Notes: a model not told the origin generated them from the letters alone. Shown: positions 9,648 to 18,611, counted from the stretch's first letter. The stretch: 64,000 bases of DNA from Candidatus Yanofskybacteria bacterium (GCA_003514055.1 DOSG01000008.1:45895-109894), one strand, 5' to 3'. Program-made: numbers and translations.

Positions 9648-9968
9648 TTATGCCCGAGAAGTTTCTGCGATATAGCTCTGCTCGAAAGCAAACCACATCT
9701 CTCTCCACTCTCCGTTAAGACGGATCCTAGAAAATACGAGCATATCGGGCGGATCACCACGCCCCTGACAATTAAAATCAGACTTACTGTAAATTTTCTC
9801 ATGTTCCATTTTATAAACAGTACAACCGATTTCATTGCCGTAAAATTGATACCCAAGTTGCTCTGGGTTCTTAGCAATCTGAACGGCCGATATTAGGTCT
9901 TCAGTCATGAGAACTGGATCAGATACTTCTCCATGGCCAGTATCGTGCGTTGCGATGACAATGAACAT
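9648..9968 (-). CDS. hypothetical protein (106 aa)
   Basis: Strong SD (GGGGAGG) 5 nt upstream of the ATG at 9968; no family recognised. Confidence 0.55.
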   Translation of the reverse strand: MFIVIATHDTGHGEVSDPVLMTEDLISAVQIAKNPEQLGYQFYGNEIGCTVYKMEHEKIYSKSDFNCQGRGDPPDMLVFSRIRLNGEWREMWFAFEQSYIAETSRA

Positions 9969-10054
9969 GTAAGCCTCCCCTGCTTAGAAACTGAGCCGAT
10001 AATCTCACAAATCCCGGCATGCGTCAATTAACTCAAGGTGTTTAAAAATAGCGG

Positions 10055-10098
10055 GAGGAACTTTCGAGAGGCTCTCGCAGGAACGAAAGTTTTCCCCC
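10055..10098. repeat. hairpin sharing the GAGAGGCTCTCG core with the 17446 element (partial copy / terminator of the GT4 gene)
   Basis: AACTTTCG-AGAGGCTCTCGCAGGAA-CGAAAGTT followed by TTTCCCCC. Confidence 0.4.
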
Positions 10099-10102
10099 TA
10101 TT

Positions 10103-11167
10103 TTACTCGATTATCTCCAATATAGCATTTCTAAAATTTTCGAGAGAGAATCTCTTGGCTGATTCTTTGATAAGATTTGGGCTATATTTGTGATAATTAT
10201 CATTGAGCCTTCTAATGCCATCTGCCAAAGCTTCTGGTATCGGATCGTCAAAAAATTCTCCAGTAACCCCCTCTTCGATGATCTCCATGGCACCGCCCCT
10301 ACGTAGTGCCACTACTGGCTTGCCATAAGCCATAGCCTCAACCGGAGCAATCCCGAAATCTTCTTCTTGCGGCATAATGAATGCCCGACAATTCTTGTAA
10401 TAGCCAGCCAAAAACTCATCAGAAACGAATCCCAGCAAATCAACATTATCGCCAGCCATCCTTTTTAATCTCCTCTTGGTCGGCCCATCGCCGATTATGA
10501 TCAAGGGTAATTTTAGCTTATTAAAAGTATCAATAACCAAGGCAATATTTTTATAGTCATAAAGCCTCGAAACAATCAGATAATAATTCTCAATAGTCGG
10601 CACAAAATCTGATTCTATGTTGTAGGTATTCACTGGTGGGAATATAATCTTTGAATCTCTGTGGTAGTATTTTTTTATCCTATCTTGAACATTCTTCGAT
10701 ATGGCGATAAATTCATCGACTCTATCCGAGGCCAAGCGATCCCATATTCTTAAATAGTGTCTGGCGACTTTGCTAATTAATCCCGATCTTTCGTAGTCTG
10801 AATTTCTATCCCATAAAAATCTTGTTGGGCTATAGCAATAACAAATATGCCTAGTTTTTGGTTTTAGAACTAATCCCTTTGAGAAAATTACAGATGATGA
10901 GATTACTAGGTCAAATTCAGACAAATCAAATGACTCGATAATGCTAGGCATTATAAATGCTAAATATGGGTAAGCGGTCATCACGAAGGGAAGTCTCTGC
11001 AATCTGCTAGCTACAATTTTAGTATTAGGCAAATATCTACTAGTCAGCTTTTTCTTGTGAAATAAGGTATAAATCGGCGCATTGGGAAATATTTCATGCA
11101 AAGCAATAAGGGTGCGTTCGGCACCCCCCAAATTTAGAACCCAATCATGTACCAGCGCTATTTTCAT
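10103..11167 (-). CDS. glycosyltransferase family 1 (GT4)
   Basis: MKIALVHDW...GGAERT N-terminus and GIAPVEAMAYGKPVV C-terminal motif. Confidence 0.85.
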   Translation of the reverse strand: MKIALVHDWVLNLGGAERTLIALHEIFPNAPIYTLFHKKKLTSRYLPNTKIVASRLQRLPFVMTAYPYLAFIMPSIIESFDLSEFDLVISSSVIFSKGLVLKPKTRHICYCYSPTRFLWDRNSDYERSGLISKVARHYLRIWDRLASDRVDEFIAISKNVQDRIKKYYHRDSKIIFPPVNTYNIESDFVPTIENYYLIVSRLYDYKNIALVIDTFNKLKLPLIIIGDGPTKRRLKRMAGDNVDLLGFVSDEFLAGYYKNCRAFIMPQEEDFGIAPVEAMAYGKPVVALRRGGAMEIIEEGVTGEFFDDPIPEALADGIRRLNDNYHKYSPNLIKESAKRFSLENFRNAILEIIE

Positions 11168-11195
11168 TATATTAACTTATGGATGAGGCAAAGCG

Positions 11196-12197
11196 CTATC
11201 TCTTAGCTATCACATTTCTCTTGTAAACATCCAAATTCTCAAGGACTATACCCGTACCACGGGCGACACAAAATAAAGGATCGTCAGCTATCGACGCCGG
11301 TACGCCTGTAACTCGAGTGATGAGCGTGCTTATATTCTTTAACAAGGCTCCTCCACCGGAGACGATGATCCCCCGATCCATGATATCTGAACATAGCTCT
11401 GGAGGCGTAACTTCTAACACGCTTTTGATAATTTGAATTATTTCACGCAATTGTTCAGACATGGCGTCGGTTATCTCGTTAGAGCTTAACTCCACCGTTT
11501 TAGGATAGCCTGTAGCCAAGTCTCTACCTTTTATGTTTATCTTTTCTTCGACGGCCTGCTTAGCAGCGCTTCCGATGTTTATCTTGATCAACTCGGCTGT
11601 CCTTTCGCCGATAGCCAAGCCGTGCTTTTTCTTGATAAATTCAACAATAGCCGCGTCCAATTTATTGCCAGCCACTCTCACTGAAGAGCAACTCACGATG
11701 CCGCCCAACGAAATAACTGCCAATTCCGTGGTACCACCGCCAATATTTAAAATCATGTTGCCCGAAGGGTTGTTTATAGGGATCTTGGCACCAATCGCGG
11801 CTAGCACTGGTTCTTTGACCAAGTATACGGCCTTCGCACCAGCATTTAGAGCCGATTCGATAACAGCTCTCTTCTCGGTTGAAGTTATGCCAGCCGGTAC
11901 TGATATCAACACTTCTGGCTTAACAAAATTCATAAATCCACCAGCTTTTTTTATGAAATATCTTAGCATCGCCGTAGTAATTCTATAATCGGCGATAGCT
12001 CCGTCGACAAGCGGTTTTGAAACTATAATACTATCCGGCGTTCGGCCGATCATTTCTTTTGCCAAATTCCCCACGGCTATAACCTTATTATCCAAAACCG
12101 AAATCGCCACCACCGACGGTTCATTTATGACGATACCCTTCTTGGGCAAGAAAACTACTGTATTAGTTGTACCCAGGTCTATACCAATCTTTTTCAT
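11196..12197 (-). CDS. mreB: rod-shape determining actin homolog MreB
   Basis: KKIGIDLGTTNTVV phosphate-1 motif; length and overall similarity to MreB. Confidence 0.95.
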   Translation of the reverse strand: MKKIGIDLGTTNTVVFLPKKGIVINEPSVVAISVLDNKVIAVGNLAKEMIGRTPDSIIVSKPLVDGAIADYRITTAMLRYFIKKAGGFMNFVKPEVLISVPAGITSTEKRAVIESALNAGAKAVYLVKEPVLAAIGAKIPINNPSGNMILNIGGGTTELAVISLGGIVSCSSVRVAGNKLDAAIVEFIKKKHGLAIGERTAELIKINIGSAAKQAVEEKINIKGRDLATGYPKTVELSSNEITDAMSEQLREIIQIIKSVLEVTPPELCSDIMDRGIIVSGGGALLKNISTLITRVTGVPASIADDPLFCVARGTGIVLENLDVYKRNVIAKR

Positions 12198-12345
12198 CTT
12201 ATATAAGGAATCTACCCGTAAATCGTGGAATTAGCAATTTTCGAATAATCCGACGTTAATCTGCGGAGGGAGTTAGGAAAAATTGATAATAAGCGATCAT
12301 TTAAGCGCCTAAATTATACTAACTAATTATTCACAATACAAACAT

Positions 12346-12374
12346 TTGACAGATCTTTCTAAAGATTGATAATT
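12346..12374 (+). promoter_or_regulatory. candidate promoter TTGACA-17-ATAATT with an inverted repeat in the spacer
   Basis: TTGACA 12346-12351; ATAATT 12369-12374; the spacer AGATCTTTCTAAAGATTGA is palindromic (possible operator). Confidence 0.35.
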
Positions 12375-12399
12375 ACTACCTTTCTGATAATATGTATTC

Positions 12400-13239
12400 A
12401 TGACTAAGAGGCAAAAAAGATTATTATTCTATTGTGCAGTACTATTCTTCCTTTTCGGTAGCTATGTAGCCATTATGTACGCTCAAGGCTATAAATACGA
12501 TTTTGCAGAAAACAATTTTTTCAAAACTGGGACGTTCCACTTAAAAGTTAACGAAGACGCCGAAGTATTCGTAGATGGAGAATATATGGGCACCACTTCC
12601 TTTCTTGGAACATCGTTCAGTCACGAAAGATTACTACCAGGAACCTACCAGACTAAAGTTCAAAAGAATGATTACTCCACTTGGCAGAAAAACATACAAG
12701 TTGAAGAAGGCTTAGTTACTGAATTTACTTCAATCATGCTTCTACCTCAAGCTGGGGTAGAGAAAGATAAACTTCTAGAGGAGATCAGCCTAATATTAGA
12801 TGGCCCAAGTCCATCACCGACCCCCAGTGGATCAAAGGCTAGCCAGCCTAAGGGCTCACCCAGCCCCTCCCCAATAAAAACCCCGGAACTACCAAGCCTC
12901 CCATTCGTCATACAAAATAGAATACTATACCAGGCTAAGACCGATGACGATCAGATAACATTAGTCCCCGTAGCAGACGAAGCAACTGGATTTAAAATAT
13001 CTCCCGACAAAAATAAAATAGCTTGGTGGAATAAAGGTGAATTGTGGTTATATTGGGTAAACAAAACTAATTATCAGCCCATACACATCAAAGGAGATAT
13101 CGAATTGATCAAGACATTCGACGCGCCCATAAGTAAGCTTGATTGGTTTAGGGATAGTGAGCATATTGTTGTAGAGTCCATTGGGTTTAAGGTCATCGAG
13201 ATTGACTCAAGAGGCGGATTGAATATTATCTCCATCTAA
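12400..13239 (+). CDS. PEGA-domain membrane-anchored protein with a Pro/Ser-rich linker and C-terminal beta-propeller-like region
   Basis: N-terminal TM; FHLKVNEDAEVFVDGEYMGTT resembles a PEGA domain; SPSPTPSGS linker. Confidence 0.55.
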   Translation: MTKRQKRLLFYCAVLFFLFGSYVAIMYAQGYKYDFAENNFFKTGTFHLKVNEDAEVFVDGEYMGTTSFLGTSFSHERLLPGTYQTKVQKNDYSTWQKNIQVEEGLVTEFTSIMLLPQAGVEKDKLLEEISLILDGPSPSPTPSGSKASQPKGSPSPSPIKTPELPSLPFVIQNRILYQAKTDDDQITLVPVADEATGFKISPDKNKIAWWNKGELWLYWVNKTNYQPIHIKGDIELIKTFDAPISKLDWFRDSEHIVVESIGFKVIEIDSRGGLNIISI

Positions 13240-13255
13240 GAGATTTACTAAAGAT

Positions 13256-13284
13256 AAAAAAGCCCCGCGTATGCGGGGTTTTTG
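13256..13284. terminator. bidirectional rho-independent terminator between convergent genes
   Basis: AAAAAAG-CCCCGCGTATGCGGGG-TTTTT. Confidence 0.7.
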
Positions 13285-13287
13285 CGT

Positions 13288-14031
13288 TTAATAGCGCCGT
13301 TCGAGATCGAACCAGAAGTAGAAACCGGAGTCAGGCGGATGGTAGTGGCCTGGGATATTGCAGAAACCTCTGATCCAGACCCAGCATTGACACCATTCAT
13401 CCCATTCCCAGTGTCCTGGAACGTGCATGTATCTATCTCCCCAGAGGTCATGGAATGGCCTCCAGAAGAAGTAGTACTTATTCGCTCCGAACCACCAGCC
13501 GGAGGAATACTCTCCACGCCCGTAATCACCGAACTGCGGATGTGGCAGCGGCGTAGGTCGAGTCCTTGGAATGGCATAGCGCGGAAGATCCCTCAGAGGG
13601 AATCGCTGATGCGTTCCTTGGCCACCACGAGGCAACTCGTTCGAATAGATGCCAGGCGGCCGCATCATCGCGCCCGGCCCGCGACCCATGCCTTGACCTT
13701 GTCCACGGCCTTGCTGGTCACCACGACCCATGCCTTGACCTTGACCACGTTGAGTACCTGGATCTTGCCGTGGCCGACTCCGCTGAGGATCACGGCCCAT
13801 GCCTTGACCCGAGCCTGAAGGTGGCCCCTGCCGTTGTGGCGGTTGCTGTCTTGGTTCGGCCCGAGGCGGTGGAGCCTGACGTGGCGGCGGCTGTTGCCGT
13901 GGCCTTTCTTGAGCTTGCGGGTCTCGAGTTGATCTTGGCTTGGCCTTTTCCCTTTCCTGGCTAGCCAAGAGTGCCGCCGATCCAAAGATCAGCAGCAGTA
14001 GAATCGAAAGAACTGTTCGTTTGCGGCGCAT
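13288..14031 (-). CDS. secreted low-complexity Pro/Gln/Arg/Gly-rich protein with GQGMGRG repeats and a Trp/Phe/Tyr-rich C-terminal domain
   Basis: Signal peptide MRRKRTVLSILLLLIFGSAALLA; GC-rich codons; three alternative-frame ORFs in the track are high-GC artefacts. Confidence 0.55.
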   Translation of the reverse strand: MRRKRTVLSILLLLIFGSAALLASQEREKAKPRSTRDPQAQERPRQQPPPRQAPPPRAEPRQQPPQRQGPPSGSGQGMGRDPQRSRPRQDPGTQRGQGQGMGRGDQQGRGQGQGMGRGPGAMMRPPGIYSNELPRGGQGTHQRFPLRDLPRYAIPRTRPTPLPHPQFGDYGRGEYSSGWWFGANKYYFFWRPFHDLWGDRYMHVPGHWEWDEWCQCWVWIRGFCNIPGHYHPPDSGFYFWFDLERRY

Positions 14032-14105
14032 AAGTCACCTCCATGATGTAGCGCTCGACTCATTAACTTTACGCCATCATTAGATACTGTCAAGCTGGCG
14101 AACTA

Positions 14106-14145
14106 AAATCAAAACCCCTCGTTATTTCGAGGGGTTTTGATTTTA
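14106..14145 (-). terminator. rho-independent terminator of the ribosomal operon (16-bp stem)
   Basis: AAATCAAAACCCCTCG-TTATTT-CGAGGGGTTTTGATTT; 42 nt downstream of the rpsI stop. Confidence 0.75.
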
Positions 14146-14186
14146 TATTAAATAAATTAATCTTTCTGACGCCTTCGTTGTTCAAA

Positions 14187-14786
14187 CTAACGCTTGCTCC
14201 ACTGCGGCGATTTACGAGCCTTCTTCAATCCATACTTTCTTCTTTCCTTGGCCCTTGGATCTCTCTTTAGGAAATTAGCCTTTTTGAGCTTCTTCCTAAA
14301 ATTAGCGTCAAATAAAGTTAGAGCTCTAGCCAATCCGTGTCGAACGGCTCCAGCTTGTCCCGACAATCCGCCACCATTAACCATTACTGTCGCTTTAAAC
14401 CTTCCAATTGATTTCAGTCTCTTTAATGGAGATTCAACGACTAGCTGTAAATTACCATCCAAAAAATATTCTGTGTAATCTTTGCCATTAATTATAATCA
14501 GGGCCTTCTCGTCTTTAATGGTGTCAGTAGATTTTTTAGTATACAGCCTAACTCGTGCTGTGGCATTCTTCCTTCTACCAACCGTCTCATAGTACTTCTC
14601 TTTGCCAGACTTTTGCTCTTCGTCTATCTTTTCATCAACCGCCTTTAATACTTCTTTATCTTCTGGACTATCGAAAACCTCCACCAAAATTTCTGGTCTC
14701 TTAATCTCAATCTTTACGCTTTCAACCTTTTCGGCTGGCTTATCGACTGGTGCGGTCTTTTTAATTGTTTTCTTAGTAGTTGCCAT
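14187..14786 (-). CDS. rpsI: 30S ribosomal protein S9 with a roughly 65-aa Lys/Glu-rich N-terminal extension
   Basis: GRRKNATARVRL...GGGLSGQAGAVRHGLARAL...KYGLKKARKSPQWSKR. Confidence 0.9.
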   Translation of the reverse strand: MATTKKTIKKTAPVDKPAEKVESVKIEIKRPEILVEVFDSPEDKEVLKAVDEKIDEEQKSGKEKYYETVGRRKNATARVRLYTKKSTDTIKDEKALIIINGKDYTEYFLDGNLQLVVESPLKRLKSIGRFKATVMVNGGGLSGQAGAVRHGLARALTLFDANFRKKLKKANFLKRDPRAKERRKYGLKKARKSPQWSKR

Positions 14787-14790
14787 AAAA

Positions 14791-15132
14791 TTACTTGAAC
14801 TTTAGATTTCTAATTATTTTATCTCTTGATTTGTTCTTAGGCAGCATTCTATAAATCGCCATTCTAACAACCTCTTTAGGTTTTGATTTCCAAAGTTCAG
14901 ATAGTTTTTTTTCCTTCATACCGCTGTGATAGCCAGAATAATGATAATAAATCTTCTGATCCATCTTCTGACCTGTAAATTTGATCTTATCGATATTATT
15001 AATAATGACTTCAACCTCTGGCAATTTACTTGGCTCAAACGAAACTAAATGTTTTCCACGTAAAGCCGTGGCAGCTTCAGTCGCTACTCTTCCTAACGCT
15101 CTATTTGTCGCATTGATTTCGTAGGTAGTCAT
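14791..15132 (-). CDS. rplM: 50S ribosomal protein L13 (short form)
   Basis: LGRVATEAATALRGKH...YYHYSGY...RMLPKN. Confidence 0.85.
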   Translation of the reverse strand: MTTYEINATNRALGRVATEAATALRGKHLVSFEPSKLPEVEVIINNIDKIKFTGQKMDQKIYYHYSGYHSGMKEKKLSELWKSKPKEVVRMAIYRMLPKNKSRDKIIRNLKFK

Positions 15133-15134
15133 AT

Positions 15135-15506
15135 TTATTTCGCAGGTTTTTCGGCCTCTTTAAAAGTAAATTCTATAAAAACCATCGAGGCGGCATCGCT
15201 TTTTCTATCGCCTAATTTGGTAATCCTTGTATATCCGCCCTTGTGATCCTTGAATTTAGGAGCAATCTCGGTAAAAAGCTTGAAGATAGCCTTCGCGCCT
15301 AAATCTTTAGCCATTTCCCTCTTAGCAGCTACGCTATTAGACTTAGCCTTAGTAACCAGCTTAGAAACGTACGAAGAGATGGTCTTCGCCTTAGCAACCG
15401 TTGTCTTAATCCGGCCATGATCAATCAAAGCAGTAGCTAGCGCCTTATATAGTGCATGTCTCTGGATTGATTCTCTTCCAAATTTTCGGTGTTTACCTCT
15501 TCGCAT
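15135..15506 (-). CDS. rplQ: 50S ribosomal protein L17
   Basis: MRRGKHRKFGRESIQRHALYKALATALI...GGYTRITKLG. Confidence 0.9.
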   Translation of the reverse strand: MRRGKHRKFGRESIQRHALYKALATALIDHGRIKTTVAKAKTISSYVSKLVTKAKSNSVAAKREMAKDLGAKAIFKLFTEIAPKFKDHKGGYTRITKLGDRKSDAASMVFIEFTFKEAEKPAK

Positions 15507-15509
15507 ATC

Positions 15510-16274
15510 TTATTTTGACTTCTTTTTCTTAGTTGATTTCTTCTCTTCTGATACTTCTATCTTTATCTCTGATATACCTCTAAAGTGATCGTTCAATATA
15601 ACGGCGGCTTTTTGTAGCGCCTCTTCTGGTTCAATTGATCCGTCGGTTTCGATAGTCAAAACAACTTTATTGAAATCGATCCTGTCGCCAACGCGAATAT
15701 TCTCAATTGAAAAATTAACTAACTGAACGGGTGAGAATACGGCATCAACGGCGATTGCTCCAATAGCTAGCTTCTCTTTCTTTCTCTGTTCAACTGGAAC
15801 ATAGCCAACTCCCTTTTCAATATCAAGTTCCATGTTCAGCTCTGCTTTTTTATCAGTCAAAGTTGCTATGTGCTGATCTTCGTTGATAAGCTCTACATCT
15901 GACGTGAGATCTATGTCAGCTCCAGTCACGACTTTATCGCCCTTAACACTCAACGTGACTTTAACCGGACCATCGCCCAATAATTTAAATCTAAGCTTCT
16001 TAACGTTTAGGATGATTTCAATGATATCCTCCTGCATATTTGCTAGAGTTGAGAACTCGTGATCTACGCCCTTAATCTTTATAGCAGTTACGGCGGCACC
16101 CTCGAGAGATGACAAAAGCACCCTCCTCAATGGGTTAGCTATCGTTGCTCCATATCCTGGCATCAACGGTGATATCTCGAAAACGGTCGTATTACCATCC
16201 TTCGAAATTGTCTTAACTTGTTCCGGTAGCGTAAGCATTTGTTTTGTATGAGCATGCAGATTAGTAATCTCCAC
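15510..16274 (-). CDS. rpoA: DNA-directed RNA polymerase alpha subunit, N-terminal domain only; C-terminal domain replaced by a Lys-rich tail
   Basis: Aligns to the RpoA NTD through TIETDGSIEPEEALQKAAVIL, then ends EEKKSTKKKKSK at 254 aa. Confidence 0.85.
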   Translation of the reverse strand: MEITNLHAHTKQMLTLPEQVKTISKDGNTTVFEISPLMPGYGATIANPLRRVLLSSLEGAAVTAIKIKGVDHEFSTLANMQEDIIEIILNVKKLRFKLLGDGPVKVTLSVKGDKVVTGADIDLTSDVELINEDQHIATLTDKKAELNMELDIEKGVGYVPVEQRKKEKLAIGAIAVDAVFSPVQLVNFSIENIRVGDRIDFNKVVLTIETDGSIEPEEALQKAAVILNDHFRGISEIKIEVSEEKKSTKKKKSK

Positions 16275-16297
16275 ATACCCACAAGTTATTTATAAAA

Positions 16298-16930
16298 CTA
16301 TCTTGAATAATATTCGACTACGGCCTGAAGGTCTTCCATCTTTAATCCGCTTTCTTCTAGCGTTGCTTGCCCCTTAACCTTAGCCTCAACTTTCTCTTTA
16401 TTTATTTCTATCCACCCTGGACCCTGATATGCAGGGAACCATACTGGAAGTAAAGTTGTAAAATACTTGGTCTTCTTGCTACCCTCTCTAACCGATATGA
16501 TGTCATTCCTTTTTACCGTATATGAGGGAATATTCACTTTCTTACCATTTACTAAGATATGGCCATGAGATACTAACTGTCTTGCCTGATCTCTTGATTG
16601 AGCAAATCCTGATCTGAAAACCGTATTATCTAGTCTGTTCTCAAGCTTTCCGATGATCTCGGTGTAAGGCTCTTCTCTTGATTCAAGCGCATGCTTAATG
16701 CCATTCTTGAACTGCTTCTCAAGCATTCTGTATGTAGCTCTGACTTTCTGCTTGGCCATCAACTGTTGCCCGAATTCAGATATCTTGTTGTTTCTTCGGG
16801 TGTGCTGACCTGGCGGATATGGTCTTCGAGTTACGGCAGCTTTCGGAGAATACGAACGATCGCCTTTCAAAAAAAGACGCTCGCCAACTCTTCGCTCAAC
16901 TTTTTCTCTTGGTCCTAGATATCGTGCCAT
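16298..16930 (-). CDS. rpsD: 30S ribosomal protein S4
   Basis: MARYLGPREKVERR...S4 domain LDNTVFRSGFAQSRDQARQLVSHGHILVNGKKVNIPSY. Confidence 0.95.
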   Translation of the reverse strand: MARYLGPREKVERRVGERLFLKGDRSYSPKAAVTRRPYPPGQHTRRNNKISEFGQQLMAKQKVRATYRMLEKQFKNGIKHALESREEPYTEIIGKLENRLDNTVFRSGFAQSRDQARQLVSHGHILVNGKKVNIPSYTVKRNDIISVREGSKKTKYFTTLLPVWFPAYQGPGWIEINKEKVEAKVKGQATLEESGLKMEDLQAVVEYYSR

Positions 16931-16960
16931 GATCTTATTTTATAAAATGATAATTAATTG

Positions 16961-17398
16961 CTAGACTCTCCTCGGTTTCTTACTCCTAACGCCATTATGC
17001 GCAACCGGGGTATTGTCCTGGATCGATAAAACATTCAAACCCGTTCCAGCTATGCCTCTGATCGCCGATTCTCGGCCGGGTCCAATTCCCTTAGCGATAA
17101 TCTTGATATTGGTCAGATTAAACTTTTTAGCTTTCTCTACACAATCCTTAGCAACCATATTTGCGGCATAAGGAGTAGACTTCTTGGTACCCTTAAAACC
17201 CAAGCCACCAGCCGATGACCAAGCAATAATATCGCCTTTCTGATCGCTGATAGCAATAGAAGTATTATTATACGAAACGTTAATGTGGGCTATACCATTT
17301 ATAACTTGTTTCTTACTACTTTTCTTAGGAGCTGCGGGAGCGTTGCTTTCTGTTGCTCCAGAAGTCTCGGTTTTTGTGATGATTTTCTTTTTTCCCAT
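16961..17398 (-). CDS. rpsK: 30S ribosomal protein S11
   Basis: GIAHINVSYNNT...KGIGPGRESAIR. Confidence 0.95.
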   Translation of the reverse strand: MGKKKIITKTETSGATESNAPAAPKKSSKKQVINGIAHINVSYNNTSIAISDQKGDIIAWSSAGGLGFKGTKKSTPYAANMVAKDCVEKAKKFNLTNIKIIAKGIGPGRESAIRGIAGTGLNVLSIQDNTPVAHNGVRSKKPRRV

Positions 17399-17445
17399 TT
17401 TATTTAAATTCTCGAATCTACTAAGACGTTAGACTCAGACATAAG

Positions 17446-17526
17446 TTCTGAGAGGCTCTCGGAGCGCGACTGGCGCGAGAGAGAGGGTGATTTCTAGTAA
17501 GAAATAAACCCGTACTCGAAAAACTT
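17446..17526. repeat. conserved structured intergenic element (copy B) in the 152-nt rpsM-rpsK spacer
   Basis: GAGAGGCTCTCG / GCGC-GACTG-GCGC / GAGAGGGTGATTTCT-AGTA-AGAAATA / AACCCGTACTCGAAAAACTT; homologous to 63393-63477. Confidence 0.55.
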
Positions 17527-17550
17527 GTGTCTGGGCCTAACTAATATTCT

Positions 17551-17937
17551 TTATGTCTTCTCGGATGACGGTTTTCTGCCAGAGCCCATGGTTCTTCTTA
17601 CGTTGCCCCTGGTAGTTCTTGAATTTGTCTTAGAACGGCCATGCAGCGGCAACCTGTGCGCGTGTCTGAGTCCTCTCCAGGCCCCAATTTCCTTCAATCT
17701 TTTTATGTTTCCAGTGACTTCTTTTCTTAAGTCTCCTTCTACCTTATAGCTCAATTCAATTATCTTTTGGATTTTATTTAGTTCCTCAGTCGTTAAATCT
17801 TTGGCTAGCTTATTCTCATCGATACCTACGGTTCTTAAAATTATCCTGCTAGTGCTAAAACCTAAACCATAAACATACGGTAATGAGTAAACAATCTTCT
17901 TTTTATCAGGAATGACTATACCTAGAATTCTTGGCAT
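17551..17937 (-). CDS. rpsM: 30S ribosomal protein S13 (start at MPRILGI; the ORF-track start is 5 codons upstream)
   Basis: MPRILGIVIPDKKKIVYSLPYVYGLG...GLRH. Confidence 0.9.
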   Translation of the reverse strand: MPRILGIVIPDKKKIVYSLPYVYGLGFSTSRIILRTVGIDENKLAKDLTTEELNKIQKIIELSYKVEGDLRKEVTGNIKRLKEIGAWRGLRHAHRLPLHGRSKTNSRTTRGNVRRTMGSGRKPSSEKT

Positions 17938-18006
17938 TAAATGAATTATCAATTATCAGTTATCAATTTCCATTTTTATTGGTAATCGTTAACTGGTAAC
18001 TGTTTA

Positions 18007-18120
18007 CTACCCTTGTCTTTGCTTATGCTTGGCTATCTTGCAAATGCAATACAGGCGCCCCTTGCGTCTTACTAATTTGCAGCTAGTACACATTTTTTTC
18101 ACTGACGCTCGTACTTTCAT
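18007..18120 (-). CDS. rpmJ: 50S ribosomal protein L36 (37 aa; below the ORF-track size cut-off)
   Basis: Manual translation gives [37 protein letters not shown], between infA and rpsM as expected. Confidence 0.85.
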   Translation of the reverse strand: MKVRASVKKMCTSCKLVRRKGRLYCICKIAKHKQRQG

Positions 18121-18131
18121 GGTCTTTATTA

Positions 18132-18344
18132 TTAAAATCTATAGACTATCCTGCCCCTGGCACCGTCTGGGCTCAATTCTAAAGAAACCTTGTCCCCTAT
18201 CATTACTTTAATGTAGTTAAGGCGCATCTTGCCCGCCAAGTATGCCAAAACCTCTTTGCCATCGTCAAGCTTAACTTTGAAGGTAGTACCTGGCAAAGCC
18301 TCTATAACCTGACCGTTTACTCTATTTTTGGGGTTTTCGTTCAA
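18132..18344 (-). CDS. infA: translation initiation factor IF-1
   Basis: S1-like fold sequence [31 protein letters not shown]. Confidence 0.9.
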   Translation of the reverse strand: MNENPKNRVNGQVIEALPGTTFKVKLDDGKEVLAYLAGKMRLNYIKVMIGDKVSLELSPDGARGRIVYRF

Positions 18345-18611
18345 TGATCCTTTGCTAAATAATCTCGAGACAAATTAACCTTACCTACTGGAAAGGCAAT
18401 TAGTCTCAATATTACATTTATAAAATGTCGGATTAGATCCCCATTTAGAAATCATGAGATCTAGCCCTGAGTATTTATTCAGTTGACGAGATTACTTTTA
18501 GCTCATTTATATTAGCAAAGAGGCTAAATAATGTCAAATTCCATATCCACACGCCTTGACTCGTCGGAATTACCAATATATCCTTGGCAAAGCTCTTAAA
18601 CGGAGAAAGTC

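Noticed and set aside
9599-9877. Alternative-frame ORF overlapping 9648..9968
   Set aside because: The 9648..9968 frame has a strong SD and ATG; the other has none
13282-13985. ORFs 13282..13818(+), 13566..13964(+) and 13665..13985(-)
   Set aside because: All overlap the GC-rich 13288..14031 gene; high GC suppresses stop codons, so these are frame artefacts (Ala/Arg/Pro-rich nonsense)
17953-18006. Short tandem repeats (TTATCAA x3, GGTAAC-like) in the rpsM-rpmJ spacer as a possible CRISPR or repeat array
   Set aside because: Units are only 7 nt with no spacer structure; simple sequence slippage
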